Part shown: piece after piece, positions 1 through 11,403 of the stretch | Layout of the letters: the number at the start of each line of letters is the position of its first letter | How positions within the stretch are numbered: position 1 is the first letter of the stretch | Position numbers and translations under genes: made by a program | The notes under the pieces: model-generated | Database searches by the model: none | Told to the model about the DNA's origin: nothing | What the model saw: only the letters and a program-made list of their open reading frames with translations | Assembly (NCBI RefSeq): GCF_001194135.2 | Contig: NC_068992.1 | Coordinates: 37,170,884 to 37,234,883 of the forward strand | Direction: 5' to 3' | From: Octopus bimaculoides | Lineage: Eukaryota | Length of the DNA stretch: 64,000 bases

Positions 1-289
1 ATATTGTTCCTCCCGTAGACAATAATCCAGATAATATCCCTTTATATCAAAACAGCCATAGTCCTTATCTTCGAAAATTTAAAAACAAACAGTCTAAGTA
101 ACTATACTTCCCCAAAATTCCAGGTACCACTCCATTTTCGACACCCACCATATCAGAATTGACTTTTCCAACACCAATAACCTCCTACAGATTATATCCT
201 TACATAACAACTATATTCTTAAAGGTAAAAGAGTTTCATTTAATAACTGCAATAACATTAATAATAATGACAATTGTCTCTCCTTAAAT

Positions 290-720
290 AATAGTATCAA
301 AAGTAATAGTCCTTGTAATTGTGGTCCGAATAAAACTTGTGTTCTCAATGGAAATTGTAGAATTGCTAACACTGCTTACCAATGCAAAATTACTTCTGAA
401 TATAAAGAACTCTTTTATGTTGGATTTGTTTCTATGAAAGTGAAAGTATCGCAAATCACCTTTCCACATTAAAATTGTAATTCTACAGGTCTTAGTAAAC
501 TAATTTGGCATCTCAAAGACTCTAATAAACAATTTTCTTTAGATTGGAAAATTTTATCAAGATCAATTTCCTATGATAAAGGGAAATCATTCTGTCCTCT
601 TTGTATGAATGAACAACTATTTATACTCTTTTCCAAAAATACACTAGTCAGCATCTATAAAGAATGTGTTTACAAGTGTTTACATTGGAAACAACACTCA
701 GCTATTTCAAATATCTACCC
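290..720 (+). mobile_element. Penelope-like element GIY-YIG endonuclease remnant
   Basis: CNCGPNKTCVLNGNCRIANTAYQCKITSEYKELFYVG...LSKLIWHLKDSNKQFSLDWKIL...FCPLCMNEQLFIL, with a stop and a frameshift. Confidence 0.8.
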
Positions 721-939
721 CTTACTTAACAACATCTGGAACTTACTTTTTATTTTCACTTCCCATACCTTCTATTCTTTCCTTCATATATTCTTTCCAA
801 TATTTTTTCTCTATTTGCTTATACCTCCATTTCTCCTTTAATTCTCTTTCTCTCTTTTTCTCTTCCTTCTCTTCTTCTCTCACTCTATAATGTCAAATGT
901 CTTAACAACAATTTAAAAATTACTAGCATTCCTTTGTTT

Positions 940-1095
940 TCCATATATGTATATATATGTATATGTGTGTATGTGTGCATGCATGTATATACATGCATAT
1001 GTGTATATGTGTGCATGTATGTATTTATATGTATACATATGTATGTATATTTGCATATATATATATATATTTACATGCATAGACATGTGATTATA

Positions 1096-1155
<60 letters not shown>
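940..1155. repeat. Compound (TA)n/(TG)n microsatellite; similar tracts at ~2530-2740, 4795-4870, 27230-27310, 30150-30440, 31965-32252 and 59355-59425
   Basis: Direct reading; many N-gaps abut these tracts. Confidence 0.95.
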
Positions 1156-1163
<8 letters not shown>

Positions 1164-1252
1164 TTATAATGTTAGGGAATTACAAAATCCGAACTTACAA
1201 GGATATACAATTTAATAATATCAAATTTAACTATATAATAAAAATGTATTAA

Positions 1253-2192
1253 TAATTTAGAGAAGAACCACCGCAGTGCAACTCAAATGATGAAGGAGAT
1301 AAGACACCATACAAAATACTAATTTAAAAATCTAAAATTTCCAAGAGAAAATTTGTAATCCATAAAATCTATAAAATATCAGACTAAAAACTTAAATCGG
1401 TTAAGTAAATTTATAAAAACGAAAGTGAATAAAAGACTATGCACGTTTCATGACCACATAAAAGTGGAAAAGATCTGGTCATTCTACAATGAATCGATCA
1501 AGATAAAAACCACTCATAATGAGGACACTCTTCCGGTCTTGTAACTTCAAAACACATATCCTAATATTTAAAAATGCGATAAAGTAAGAAAAGTAGAAAA
1601 ATTTGTATGTTTAAGCAATATTTAGTACAATAAATAAAGTGTCAAGGTTTTATAATAATAATCATAATAATAATAAACATCTGTCAAGTTAAAGACATAA
1701 AACGTCAATTGAAGAAATACTTTCTGTAGGTTAAGAGAAAGAAGACATATATAAAGATAATGTAATTAACTATTAAATGAATTAGGATGTTCAAAAGTAT
1801 TAGGAAAAAGAACAACATCACTTATCTTAACGAAGATTCTTTGTAGAATGTAGTTATTACCCATGAGGCATAGAATTTATACGATGTGTATCACGTGACA
1901 AAATGGTGTTTATTCATAACCCTAATTATTAAAATTACCATGTAGAATTAAAATATGTGAGACACGTGACAATATGGCGTTGAAGAAGAGGTTTTCTCCC
2001 CACCCTTTTATAAATTTACTAAACTGATTTAAATTTTTAGCCTAATATTTTATAGATTTTATGGATTACAAATTTTCTCTTGGATTTTTTAGATTTTTAA
2101 ATTATTATTTTGTATAGTACGCTTTTCTAGATGGTGTCTTATCTCCTTCATCGTTTGAGTTGCACCGTGGTGGTTCTTCTCTAAATTATTAA
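1253..2192. repeat. Long inverted repeat (arms ~1253-1418 and ~2005-2192)
   Basis: taatttagagaagaaccacc...aatttataaaa is the reverse complement of ttttataaattt...ggtggttcttctctaaatta, with scattered mismatches and one indel. Confidence 0.88.
1433..1540 (-). ncRNA. Decayed type I hammerhead-like motif with long stem II (U4>G)
   Basis: AAGAC-CGGAAGA-gtgtcc...ggtcat-GAAA-CGTGCA-TA-GTCTT; perfect 5-bp helix I, 5/6 pairs at the base of helix II. Confidence 0.6.
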
Positions 2193-2528
2193 TATATATA
2201 TATATGATGATGGCCATCTACTCGTGACCGAGGAAGACTATTGCCGACCTTCAGGAACATTGTGCGCTCTAGGACTAACATCATATACATCATATATTGC
2301 AGTTTATTACATCTGTTAAAATGTCTTATTAATGCACACTATTGTTTATATCCTCCCTGATAAGATTGATGCATTGTTCCACATTGTTCATTCTCATGGA
2401 TTTATTTTCATGCATCTATTGAAACATGTCGGTGATATGGTGATATAAATGATTTAAATGATTTAAATAACAACTTGAGCATTGGTCTCCATTTTCCATT
2501 ATTCTTATATATACATATATATACGTGA

Positions 2529-2579
<51 letters not shown>

Positions 2580-2793
2580 ATGATTTATATGTATATATAT
2601 ATATGTGTGTGTGTGTATATGAGTAGGCAAATGAAAGGAGGGAACTCAATATATTTATCAGGAGTTACATGTATAAATCAAACTGGTTTGATTTTTATAT
2701 TGTGTGTGTGTATTCGTGTGCATGTGTGTGTGTGTGTGTGTTCAAGTTTGTATGAGTATATAGAAGAATATATCAATCAATAACATTCCAACT

Positions 2794-2960
2794 AAGTCTG
2801 ATTTTCATGATTTATAATTTGCAATTTTTACAATTCTAAAATATTGAAATAAACTGTCACTACATAAACCTGATGAGTGTATAACACATGAAAGTATTAG
2901 TTTATTTTAATATTGTAAAACTGTAAAAATTGCAAATAATACACCATGAAAATCAGACTT
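2794..2960. repeat. Imperfect ~60-bp inverted repeat enclosing the minimal hammerhead
   Basis: aagtctgattttcatg...atttgcaatttttaca...aatattgaaataaac (2794-2854) pairs with gtttattttaatatt...tgtaaaaattgcaaat...catgaaaatcagactt (2900-2960). Confidence 0.9.
2864..2905 (+). ncRNA. Minimal type I hammerhead ribozyme, core intact
   Basis: ATAAAC-CTGATGA-GTGT-ataac-ACAT-GAAA-GTAT-TA-GTTTAT: 6-bp helix I, 4-bp helix II, near-palindromic AGTATT helix III, UUA triplet. Confidence 0.75.
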
Positions 2961-3934
2961 TGCTGGAATTTCATTGATTAATATATATATATTGCGATTG
3001 TCTGATAAGAAGCTTGCTTCTTTATTACATGGTTCCAGGTTTAGTTCCATCACATGGCACATTGGGCAAGTGACTTCTACTATAGCCTTGGGCTGACCAA
3101 AGCCTTTTGAGTGGGTGGATTTGGCAGACTGAAAGAAGACTAAGACAGGTGGTGTAGAAAACAAACAGATGCATTAGTATAACGCTCGGGAATTGAAAAA
3201 GTCTTTAACGTTTCCAGCCTACGCTCTTCCACAGAAAGGAACACAGAAAGAAACAAGGAGAGAAACAAGAAGAGAAAAAAATGTGTGTAGTGGTTAGCGA
3301 TCTATCATGGCAAATGCCGGAAAGCAAGGTCACACAGGAGAGCTAAGAAGAAGAGGAGATAACAAAGTAGTAGTGATCCAAAAACGAAGGTGCGCATGTG
3401 TATAAGAGAGTATGTATGTGCGTGTGAAAGAGGGCTGGTGATCTTGGCGTGTGCGTGTGTGCATGTGTAGGTGTGAAAATGTGGGGATGGGAATTGGTTA
3501 GTGCTGATGTGTGCGTGGTTGTGTTGTGATGTGATGTGTTGTGTGGCATGGTGTAGTNNNNNNNNNNNNNNNNNNNNNNNNNNNNNNNNNNNNNNNNNNN
3601 NNNNNNNNNNNNNNNNNNNNNNNNNNNNNNNNNNNNNNNNNNNNNNNNNNNNNNNNNNNNNNNNNNNNNNNNNNNNNNNNNNNNNNNNNNNNNNNNNNNN
3701 NNNNNNNNNNNNNNNNNNNNNNNNNNNNNNNNNNNNNNNNNNNNNNNNNNNNNNNNNNNNNNNNNNNNNNNNNNNNNNNNNNNNNNNNNNNNNNNNNNNN
3801 NNNNNNNNNNNNNNNNNNNNNNNNNNNNNNNNNNNNNNNNNNNNNNNNNNNNNNNNNNNNNNNNNNNNNNNNNNNNNNNNNNNNNNNNNNNNNNNNNNNN
3901 NNNNNNNNNNNNNNNNNNNNNNNNNNNNNNNNNA

Positions 3935-4300
3935 GAGGCAAGGGGAGGAGGTTAGATGAAGAGGGTAGGAGAGTTGAGTCCATATGGTACAAAGGAGCGA
4001 AGAGAGAAGATTAATCCCTGTTCACAGTGCAAACAGGAGTCCGGATGGCCCCTGTGCAAGGACAATCTGAACACAGACAGGTGTTGCAAAGAGTGACCGG
4101 TATATCGAAAATGGTGTGAGACCGGGGTGTCATTGCCGAGGCAGACGTCCTGGAGGTATTCTGCGAACCGGTTAGCCAAGCGGCGTCCCGTTTGTTCGAT
4201 GTACAGAGAATGGCAGAGAGAGCAGGAGATGCAATAGATGATATTGGTAGAAGTGCAGATGAAGGAGTCAGTGATGTGATAGGGTCGATGATGTGTGCTA
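3935..4300 (-). mobile_element. Penelope-like element GIY-YIG C-terminus (second subtype)
   Basis: FICTSTNIIYCISCSLCHSLYIEQTGRRLANRFAEYL...PVSHHF...EQGLIFSLRSFVPYGLN. Confidence 0.85.
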
Positions 4301-4649
4301 GTGAGGAGGGTAGTGTTGGAGAGGTAAGGGCAAGTGCGGGAGCAGGGGAATGAGCCAGGTTGGGGGGTTAGGTATGTATGTATGTATGTATGTACGTATG
4401 TATGTATGCATGTATATATCTATGTGCGTGTCTGTATCTGTGTTTATCCCTCTCATCACTGCTTGACAACTGGTGTTGGTTTTTACGTCTCCCATAACTT
4501 AGTGGTTCAATAGAATAAGTACTAGGCTGTAAAACATAAGTCTTGGGATCGATTTGCTAGACTTAAACCCTTCAAGGCAGTGCTCCAACATGGCCACAAT
4601 CAGATGACTGAAACAAGTAAAAGAATAAAAGAATATATATATATATTAT

Positions 4650-4791
4650 AGGCACAGGCATGTCTGTGTGGTAAGAAGCTTGCTTCCCAAACACATGGTT
4701 CCGGGTTCAGTCTCATGTACAGCACCTTGGGCAAGTGTCTTCTACTATAGCCTCAAGTGGATTTGGTAGACAGAAACTGAAAGAAGCCTGT

Positions 4792-4872
<81 letters not shown>

Positions 4873-5075
4873 ATATTTGTGTGTTTGTGTTTGTCCCCCC
4901 ACCATCACTTGACAATCGATGTTGGTGTGGTAACATCCCTGTAACTTAGCTGTTCAGCAAAATAGACCGATAGAATAAATACTAGAATAAGTCCTGCAGT
5001 CAATTTGTTTGACTAAAGGCAGTGCTCCAGTATGACCACAGTCAAATGACTGAAACAAATAAAAGAATAAAATAA
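4650..5075 (+). mobile_element. Octopus-type tRNA-derived SINE with central (TA)n; a 3' half-copy lies at 4440-4635
   Basis: tgtgtggtaagaagcttgc...ggttccgggttcagtc head; gcagtgctccag...tgactgaaacaa(g/a)taaaagaata tail shared with other copies. Confidence 0.88.
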
Positions 5076-5106
5076 TATATAGTATGTATATATGTAGTGG
5101 TTAGCG

Positions 5107-5141
<35 letters not shown>

Positions 5142-5244
5142 TCAAGGTTGAATATGGTACTTATGCGTAGGCACCCAAATATCATATCCCAAAAGGATAA
5201 GTGATCAAAATCAAAAAATAAGCAACACGGATTTCAAAGGTGAT

Positions 5245-5333
5245 TGCAGTATGCACGTTTCATGCTACTCCAATTTATTTAAGTAATGCGAGCATTACAT
5301 TAAATGCAATATGAAGAGCAATCTTCAGCTACA
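5245..5333 (-). ncRNA. Type I hammerhead-like motif with long stem II
   Basis: TGTAG-CTGAAGA-ttgct...gtaatg(ctcg)cattac...agcat-GAAA-CGTGCA-TA-CTGCA; core intact, helix III disrupted by CpG-type changes. Confidence 0.65.
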
Positions 5334-6659
5334 GTAATTTTCTGCATTTTNNNNNNNNNNNNNNNNNNNNNNNNNNNNNNNNNNNNNNNNNNNNNNNNNN
5401 NNNNNNNNNNNNNNNNNNNNNNNNNNNNNNNNNNNNNNNNNNNNNNNNNNNNNNNNNNNNNNNNNNNNNNNNNNNNNNNNNNNNNNNNNNNNNNNNNNNN
5501 NNNNNNNNNNNNNNNNNNNNNNNNNNNNNNNNNNNNNNNNNNNNNNNNNNNNNNNNNNNNNNNNNNNNNNNNNNNNNNNNNNNNNNNNNNNNNNNNNNNN
5601 NNNNNNNNNNNNNNNNNNNNNNNNNNNNNNNNNNNNNNNNNNNNNNNNNNNNNNNNNNNNNNNNNNNNNNNNNNNNNNNNNNNNNNNNNNNNNNNNNNNN
5701 NNNNNNNNNNNNNNNNNNNNNNNNNNNNNNNNNNNNNNNNNNNNNNNNNNNNNNNNNNNNNNNNNNNNNNNNNNNNNNNNNNNNNNNNNNNNNNNNNNNN
5801 NNNNNNNNNNNNNNNNNNNNNNNNNNNNNNNNNNNNNNNNNNNNNNNNNNNNNNNNNNNNNNNNNNNNNNNNNNNNNNNNNNNNNNNNNNNNNNNNNNNN
5901 NNNNNNNNNNNNNNNNNNNNNNNNNNNNNNNNNNNNNNNNNNNNNNNNNNNNNNNNNNNNNNNNNNNNNNNNNNNNNNNNNNNNNNNNNNNNNNNNNNNN
6001 NNNNNNNNNNNNNNNNNNNNNNNNNNNNNNNNNNNNNNNNNNNNNNNNNNNNNNNNNNNNNNNNNNNNNNNNNNNNNNNNNNNNNNNNNNNNNNNNNNNN
6101 NNNNNNNNNNNNNNCATAACTTTCAGAAAAATGAATATTTTTTATGAAATTTTCAATGCATATATTATTTATTATGTAGATTCCGAATATACAAAAATTT
6201 TCGGTGAAAGTGTTTTGGGAGGGGGTGGAGGACAATTTTCGGAAATTCCACTTAAACTCCTCTTAACTTCCAGGAAAATGAATATTTTTTCATAAAATTT
6301 TCTACAAATATACCTTGATGTATGTACATCTTGAGCATGTAGAAATTTTGAAGGAAACAACTGCAGGTTATTTTTGAGAAGTGTTCCCCACTCGGTGGTG
6401 TTTCAGAGCAAGTCGTCCATACTTGTTTCATTTTTCTCTATTATGTGCGTATGTGCATCCGTAGATTTCTAATGAAGTAATAGGCAGTGAAGAGAAGCCG
6501 TCATAAGAAAACTTTTAACTACCTCTATTCCTTTCACCCCCTCTCTCTACCTCTTCCTCTCTCGCTCTCTCAAACACATACACATGCAAGTACACAATCA
6601 TTCAGTAAAATATAACTCATGTTCGTTAATGTTGTGTAAATATAGCACGATTTTCACTT

Positions 6660-6820
6660 GGGTGTTAGGGTTAGGGTCAGGGTTAGGGTTTAGGATTACA
6701 GTTACGGTTAGGGTTAGGATTAGTGTTACGGTTATGGTTTTAGGGTCAGGGTTAGGGTTAGGGTTTAGGGTTAGTGTTAAGGTTAGTGTTAGGATTAGGT
6801 TTAGGATTAGGGTTGGGTAA
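6660..6820 (+). repeat. Degenerate (TTAGGG)n interstitial telomere-like tract
   Basis: gttagggttagggtcagggttagggtttagg... about 25 imperfect hexamers. Confidence 0.8.
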
Positions 6821-7547
6821 TCGTGTGGGTGTTAATCTGAAAAATTACAGATATGTGAAAACTACTGACCCTGCCATCTATTATAACTTTTGTTGTTCTG
6901 TTTAAAATATACATAGATTATGCCTCCAAATTGCATTTCGGAAAGACGGNNNNNNNNNNNNNNNNNNNNNNNNNNNNNNNNNNNNNNNNNNNNNNNNNNN
7001 NNNNNNNNNNNNNNNNNNNNNNNNNNNNNNNNNNNNNNNNNNNNNNNNNNNNNNNNNNNNNNNNNNNNNNNNNNNNNNNNNNNNNNNNNNNNNNNNNNNN
7101 NNNNNNNNNNNNNNNNNNNNNNNNNNNNNNNNNNNNNNNNNNNNNNNNNNNNNNNNNNNNNNNNNNNNNNNNNNNNNNNNNNNNNNNNNNNNNNNNNNNN
7201 NNNNNNNNNNNNNNNNNNNNNNNNNNNNNNNNNNNNNNNNNNNNNNNNNNNNNNNNNNNAAAGGGATTACCCTGCTATGTATAATCAGGGCAGCGCAAAA
7301 AGTTGTTTTGCACAAGCATTTCTATAGCCAATTAGATGGATGAAATTTACATATGCTTAATAATGTTACGCAAAACAGCCTTCAGACTTTCTCTATTAAT
7401 TTCATCGTCTTTTGAATTATGAACATATTTACATCATAAGGGTTTTTTTGTTGTAAGACTTTCTTCTTTAGTTGATTTTCACCTAGCAAGACTTATCATA
7501 GATGGCGTAATAAGTCACACCCAGGCAAGGTCAGGCTATACTGCTAG

Positions 7548-7592
<45 letters not shown>

Positions 7593-7713
7593 ATATACGC
7601 ACACATACACACTGCTATTAGTACTGTAGAACATACCTCCATGTTTTTTAGTCAACCATGTGTTTTACACTGAGTGTAAACAATTTTTCTGTGTGCGGAC
7701 AGAGAAAGAGGGA

Positions 7714-7763
7714 ACAAATGTATGCTTCTTTCAGTTCTTGTTGGAACTGTCATCAGCAATTGT
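7714..7763 (-). ncRNA. Degenerate hammerhead-like motif
   Basis: ACAATTG-CTGATGA-C-AGTTC-caacaa-GAACT-GAAA-gaagca-TA-CATTTGT; helix I 6/7, helix II 5 bp, helix III broken. Confidence 0.4.
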
Positions 7764-8438
7764 GTACTTTTAGTATGTATCTGCAAACACGCTAATTGTA
7801 AATTCACCAACATTAAGGGTCAAAATAAACTGGATAGACCAATTTGCACACTTAACACATTTCTAGGTCACTGCATCACACAATAAATCATTGGTGTGTT
7901 AACAGTTTTGCTTTATTTCTATAATGTACTATAGAACATATTCATGTTTTTTTGTTTGTTTGTTTGTTTGTTTTTTTGTTTGTTTGTTTTTTTGTTTTTT
8001 TTTTGTTACAAATGTACATATTGTACTGATGTATTGTTTACAATTGTCATAATACAATGGCAGAAACATGTGTAAATTTTGCTCTAAGGTATTTAGTCAT
8101 TATCACTGAACTATGTGTAGTACCAGTACTATTTTATAAAGCCTGAAGGGATGAATGGCAATGTCTATCCTAGAATAATTTAAACTGAGGTATGAGATGT
8201 ATGAAACTTAGTACTATAACATATTTAGTCTAGGACTCATTCAGATAGATATACAAAAATAAATATTTTAAGCAAACTGCGAATGCAGACATAAAACTTT
8301 TATAAAAGTGTTTGCCAAATTATTGGAACATGCATTCTCTCTCTCTGCCAGTCAAACAAAAGCTCTCAAATTCATTTTACATTTATGATTTATATTTCAC
8401 TTCAATATCTTAATATTCAATAAAAGAATAAATCTTAC

Positions 8439-8713
8439 CGTTTGTTCACAAATGAATGTAGCAAAAATTACAGTTACATATCCCAAGATTCCCCTGCCTT
8501 TGCATGAATTGGCTATTTTGAGACAAGCACAATTGATTCTTGGTGGTTCAATTGAACACTGTGGAACCGATAAACCCCAAGGATCAAAAGGGTTTTGAGA
8601 TATAATTTGATCTCCAGTACACAGTATTTGGGTTTCTCCATTTGGTGCAATCAGAAGATCTACTTGTACTGCTGTGACGAAATCACTGGGAGGATATGCT
8701 TCAATAATTCCTC
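8439..8713 (-). CDS. IQCH: IQCH coding exon (phase 1/0), last visible exon
   Basis: tttcag acceptor and gtaaga donor; GGIIEAYPPSDFVTAVQVDLLIAPNGETQILCTGDQ...GRGILGYVTVIFATFICEQT matches IQCH GGVIEAFPP...DMLIEPNG...TGDQ. Confidence 0.93.
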
Positions 8714-10274
8714 CTGAAATGGTGAACATTTAATTGAAGAAATATACAGAAAGAAAATTATCTGAAACTAAATTTATTACCTGCTTTGATTTCCAGTATT
8801 AAGTTGCTAAATCTCTCAAGGAAATGTGTAAATATCTTCAACCTCATTTTTTATATTATTTGAGCTTAGTTGCTTACATAACAAACTTTATAGTAGTTTA
8901 TAAAGTCTATTCCACTATGAATCAAGAAAACATAGATACTATATTTTTGTTATATTTAAGAACTTCAATCTCAAGCATTTATCCTCTTCAGGTAATAGAA
9001 TTACACCTTCATTCCACTACCTGGCTAAAATCTTCAAAATCACTACTAAAATAAAATGTAATTAAATATTAGGTTTCTTCTGTGAAAACCACACGAAGAA
9101 GAAAATGTTTTAGACCACTTTCAAAATATTTTAAATCTAGAAGGAATAGAAATTTAGTCTTGCTCCCAATTCTTCACTCAGTGCATATTAGAAGGTATTC
9201 AGTGAAAAACTTTCTACTTAACATGCTAACCGAATATCACAAACAGTCTAACAAGAGACCTTCCACTAGGTCACTCTATCTGCTAGAAATAGCAGCCTAT
9301 TGTGTCTCAAATCACATTCTTCAAAAAGGAGCACATCAAATAAGGTAGTTCTGGGGGCATCATGTCTAAAAAGAGATGAAATAACCATGGAGGGAATGAA
9401 TTTGATAAAAAGTGTGTTCAATCACTGCCGGAGCCTCGTGGAGCTTTAGGTGTTTTCGCTCAATAAACACTCACAACGCCCAATCTGGGAATCGAAACCG
9501 CAATCCTATGACCACGAGTCCGCTGCCCTAACCACTGGGCCATTGCGCCTCCAGAACCAAATAGACAGAGGTTAATCAACAGCAACAACATATCCATACT
9601 ACTGGTATGTGGGATCATTTTTGGAGTCAAATTTCAAGAAACTTGATTTCTTGAAATTTATCATTTCTCACATGGTATCTTCCCTTGGAACTTAGCAAAT
9701 AGCCATTTCAATATATTTGTTGATGATCTACAAACATAGAAAATATTCCCATATGCAACTAATGCTATTTTCACAAGCTCAAAGAGAAGAAATATTTAAT
9801 ATATTCAAAACCAGAAATGAACTGATCTGACTTTTGTTACTTAATACTTTCTTTATGATACTAAATTATTCATTCAAAATATAGACATATTAATTTTGTG
9901 ACAGAGAAAACAAACTGCATCATGGAATGTATAATTCCAAAATATAAGATTTGTGTCAATTCACTTGAGTGACCATTTGATTATATTACATCAACAAGTC
10001 AATTGGCATCAAAGTTCTTTAGGCGTAACAGTTGTTCTTTCTCTTGATAGAAATATGTACAGGTTCAACTAACTTCCAAAAATATCACTATTTGTCATTT
10101 CTACCATATTCAATGGCATTTCAAACTATTTTTACCAGATTACTATTTTAATAGCTAAAATAGTAACTAAGTAACTAATTCTTTTTACAAATTCAGAAAT
10201 GAAATGGAAAAGGAAGACTGTAAGTTTACAAATATCATAGCATAAACTGGACAAATAGCATTGAGAAAAATTAC

Positions 10275-10395
10275 CTCTTAAAAGAAAAGCTTTTTTATAT
10301 ATTTCCCAGGCACAATATCTGGACTTATTTACTGGATTTGCATAGTGTCTGAGATACTCAGGGAGTTCATTGAGAAGTATATTCAAAGAAGATTC
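10275..10395 (-). CDS. IQCH: IQCH coding exon (phase 0/1)
   Basis: cttttcttttaaaag acceptor (AAG) and gtaatt donor; ESSLNILLNELPEYLRHYANPVNKSRYCAWEIYKKAFLLR(G). Follows a 121-bp intron. Confidence 0.9.
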
Positions 10396-10516
10396 CTTTT
10401 AAAAGAAAAGTAAGGTTTAATAAAAAAAAGTTTACATGTACATATAATGCTTATGTGAAAACTTCAAAAATTCAATATAAAACCAATACCAAAAAATAAT
10501 GCAATGTGTAACTCAC

Positions 10517-10702
10517 ATGAGCCCATTTATGGGTCCATTTGTCTCCATATCGAATTGCTTCTTTATAGATTTGAACAAAGCATTTCAAATGCATAGTATC
10601 ACAATAGGCTATACCATTGCTAGAAACAGTTGTGTTAAATTTCAAAAGCCACCTTCCTATTGTAAAGTTTTCAATAATTAATTGAGCCAAAGACTCATGA
10701 AG
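10517..10702 (-). CDS. IQCH: IQCH coding exon (phase 0/0)
   Basis: tttcag acceptor and gtgagt donor; LHESLAQLIIENFTIGRWLLKFN...AYCDTMHLKCF...RYGDKWTHKWAH. Confidence 0.93.
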
Positions 10703-11403
10703 CTGAAATAGAGACAGATGCTTAATAGATCTGAAAGGAACTTCAATAGTTTAAGCATTTTTAATCATCTTAAAATTGTTTACTTATCATTTTTGCTTTT
10801 TTAGGAATGAATGTGTAAGAGGGAGTGAATAAAATTTTAATTATAAATATATAGTTTTAATAATATAGTAATTATAATAATAAATATACTAAAAATACTC
10901 ATGAAATTTATTCAGAGATTTTTTTTTTCTGTTTCTATGAAAAAAAAAAAAACATTAAACATCAAAAATTTGAAAACATCGATTCTAAAAATTTAAATAA
11001 AAATGAGCAGTAAAGATAGCTGAGATGGTAGAATGCCAGGTGAAATGTATTTCATATAAATAAATGACTTTAGTTTAATTTCTCTGTATTTTGTATTCAA
11101 ATTCTGACAGGATATCTGTCAGAAGACTTGGCAACCACTGAGAAGAAACTTTCATCACATCAAGTTCATTGTGCAAGGTATTCTCAACTCTCTCATGAGG
11201 TATGCTAATTGAGATGATATAATAAACAACTGTTAAATACAATGGTTAACTCAATTACACATGCTAGAAAAATACTGTTTGTACTTAATTAAAAGAACAA
11301 TATCCAAATGAGCACAATACTGTCAGTAATCTATTGATCAGCAAAGTCTATCACCAAGGTTTCATACCTAGTTGTAACCATAATCATTTCCCATATGTTA
11401 TTA

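Noticed and set aside
3201-3240. Hammerhead-like CTGTGGA-AGAGC-gtag-GCTG-GAAACGTT on the minus strand
   Set aside because: Core deviates at several positions. It may be a PLE terminal variant but cannot be supported as a ribozyme.
7640-7810. Short frame ending CKTHG, resembling IQCH CRAHG
   Set aside because: In-frame stops, wrong position in the protein, and it overlaps the 305-bp repeat unit.
8175-8215. CTGAGGT...GAAACTTAGTA
   Set aside because: No helix I, and it is part of a SINE body.
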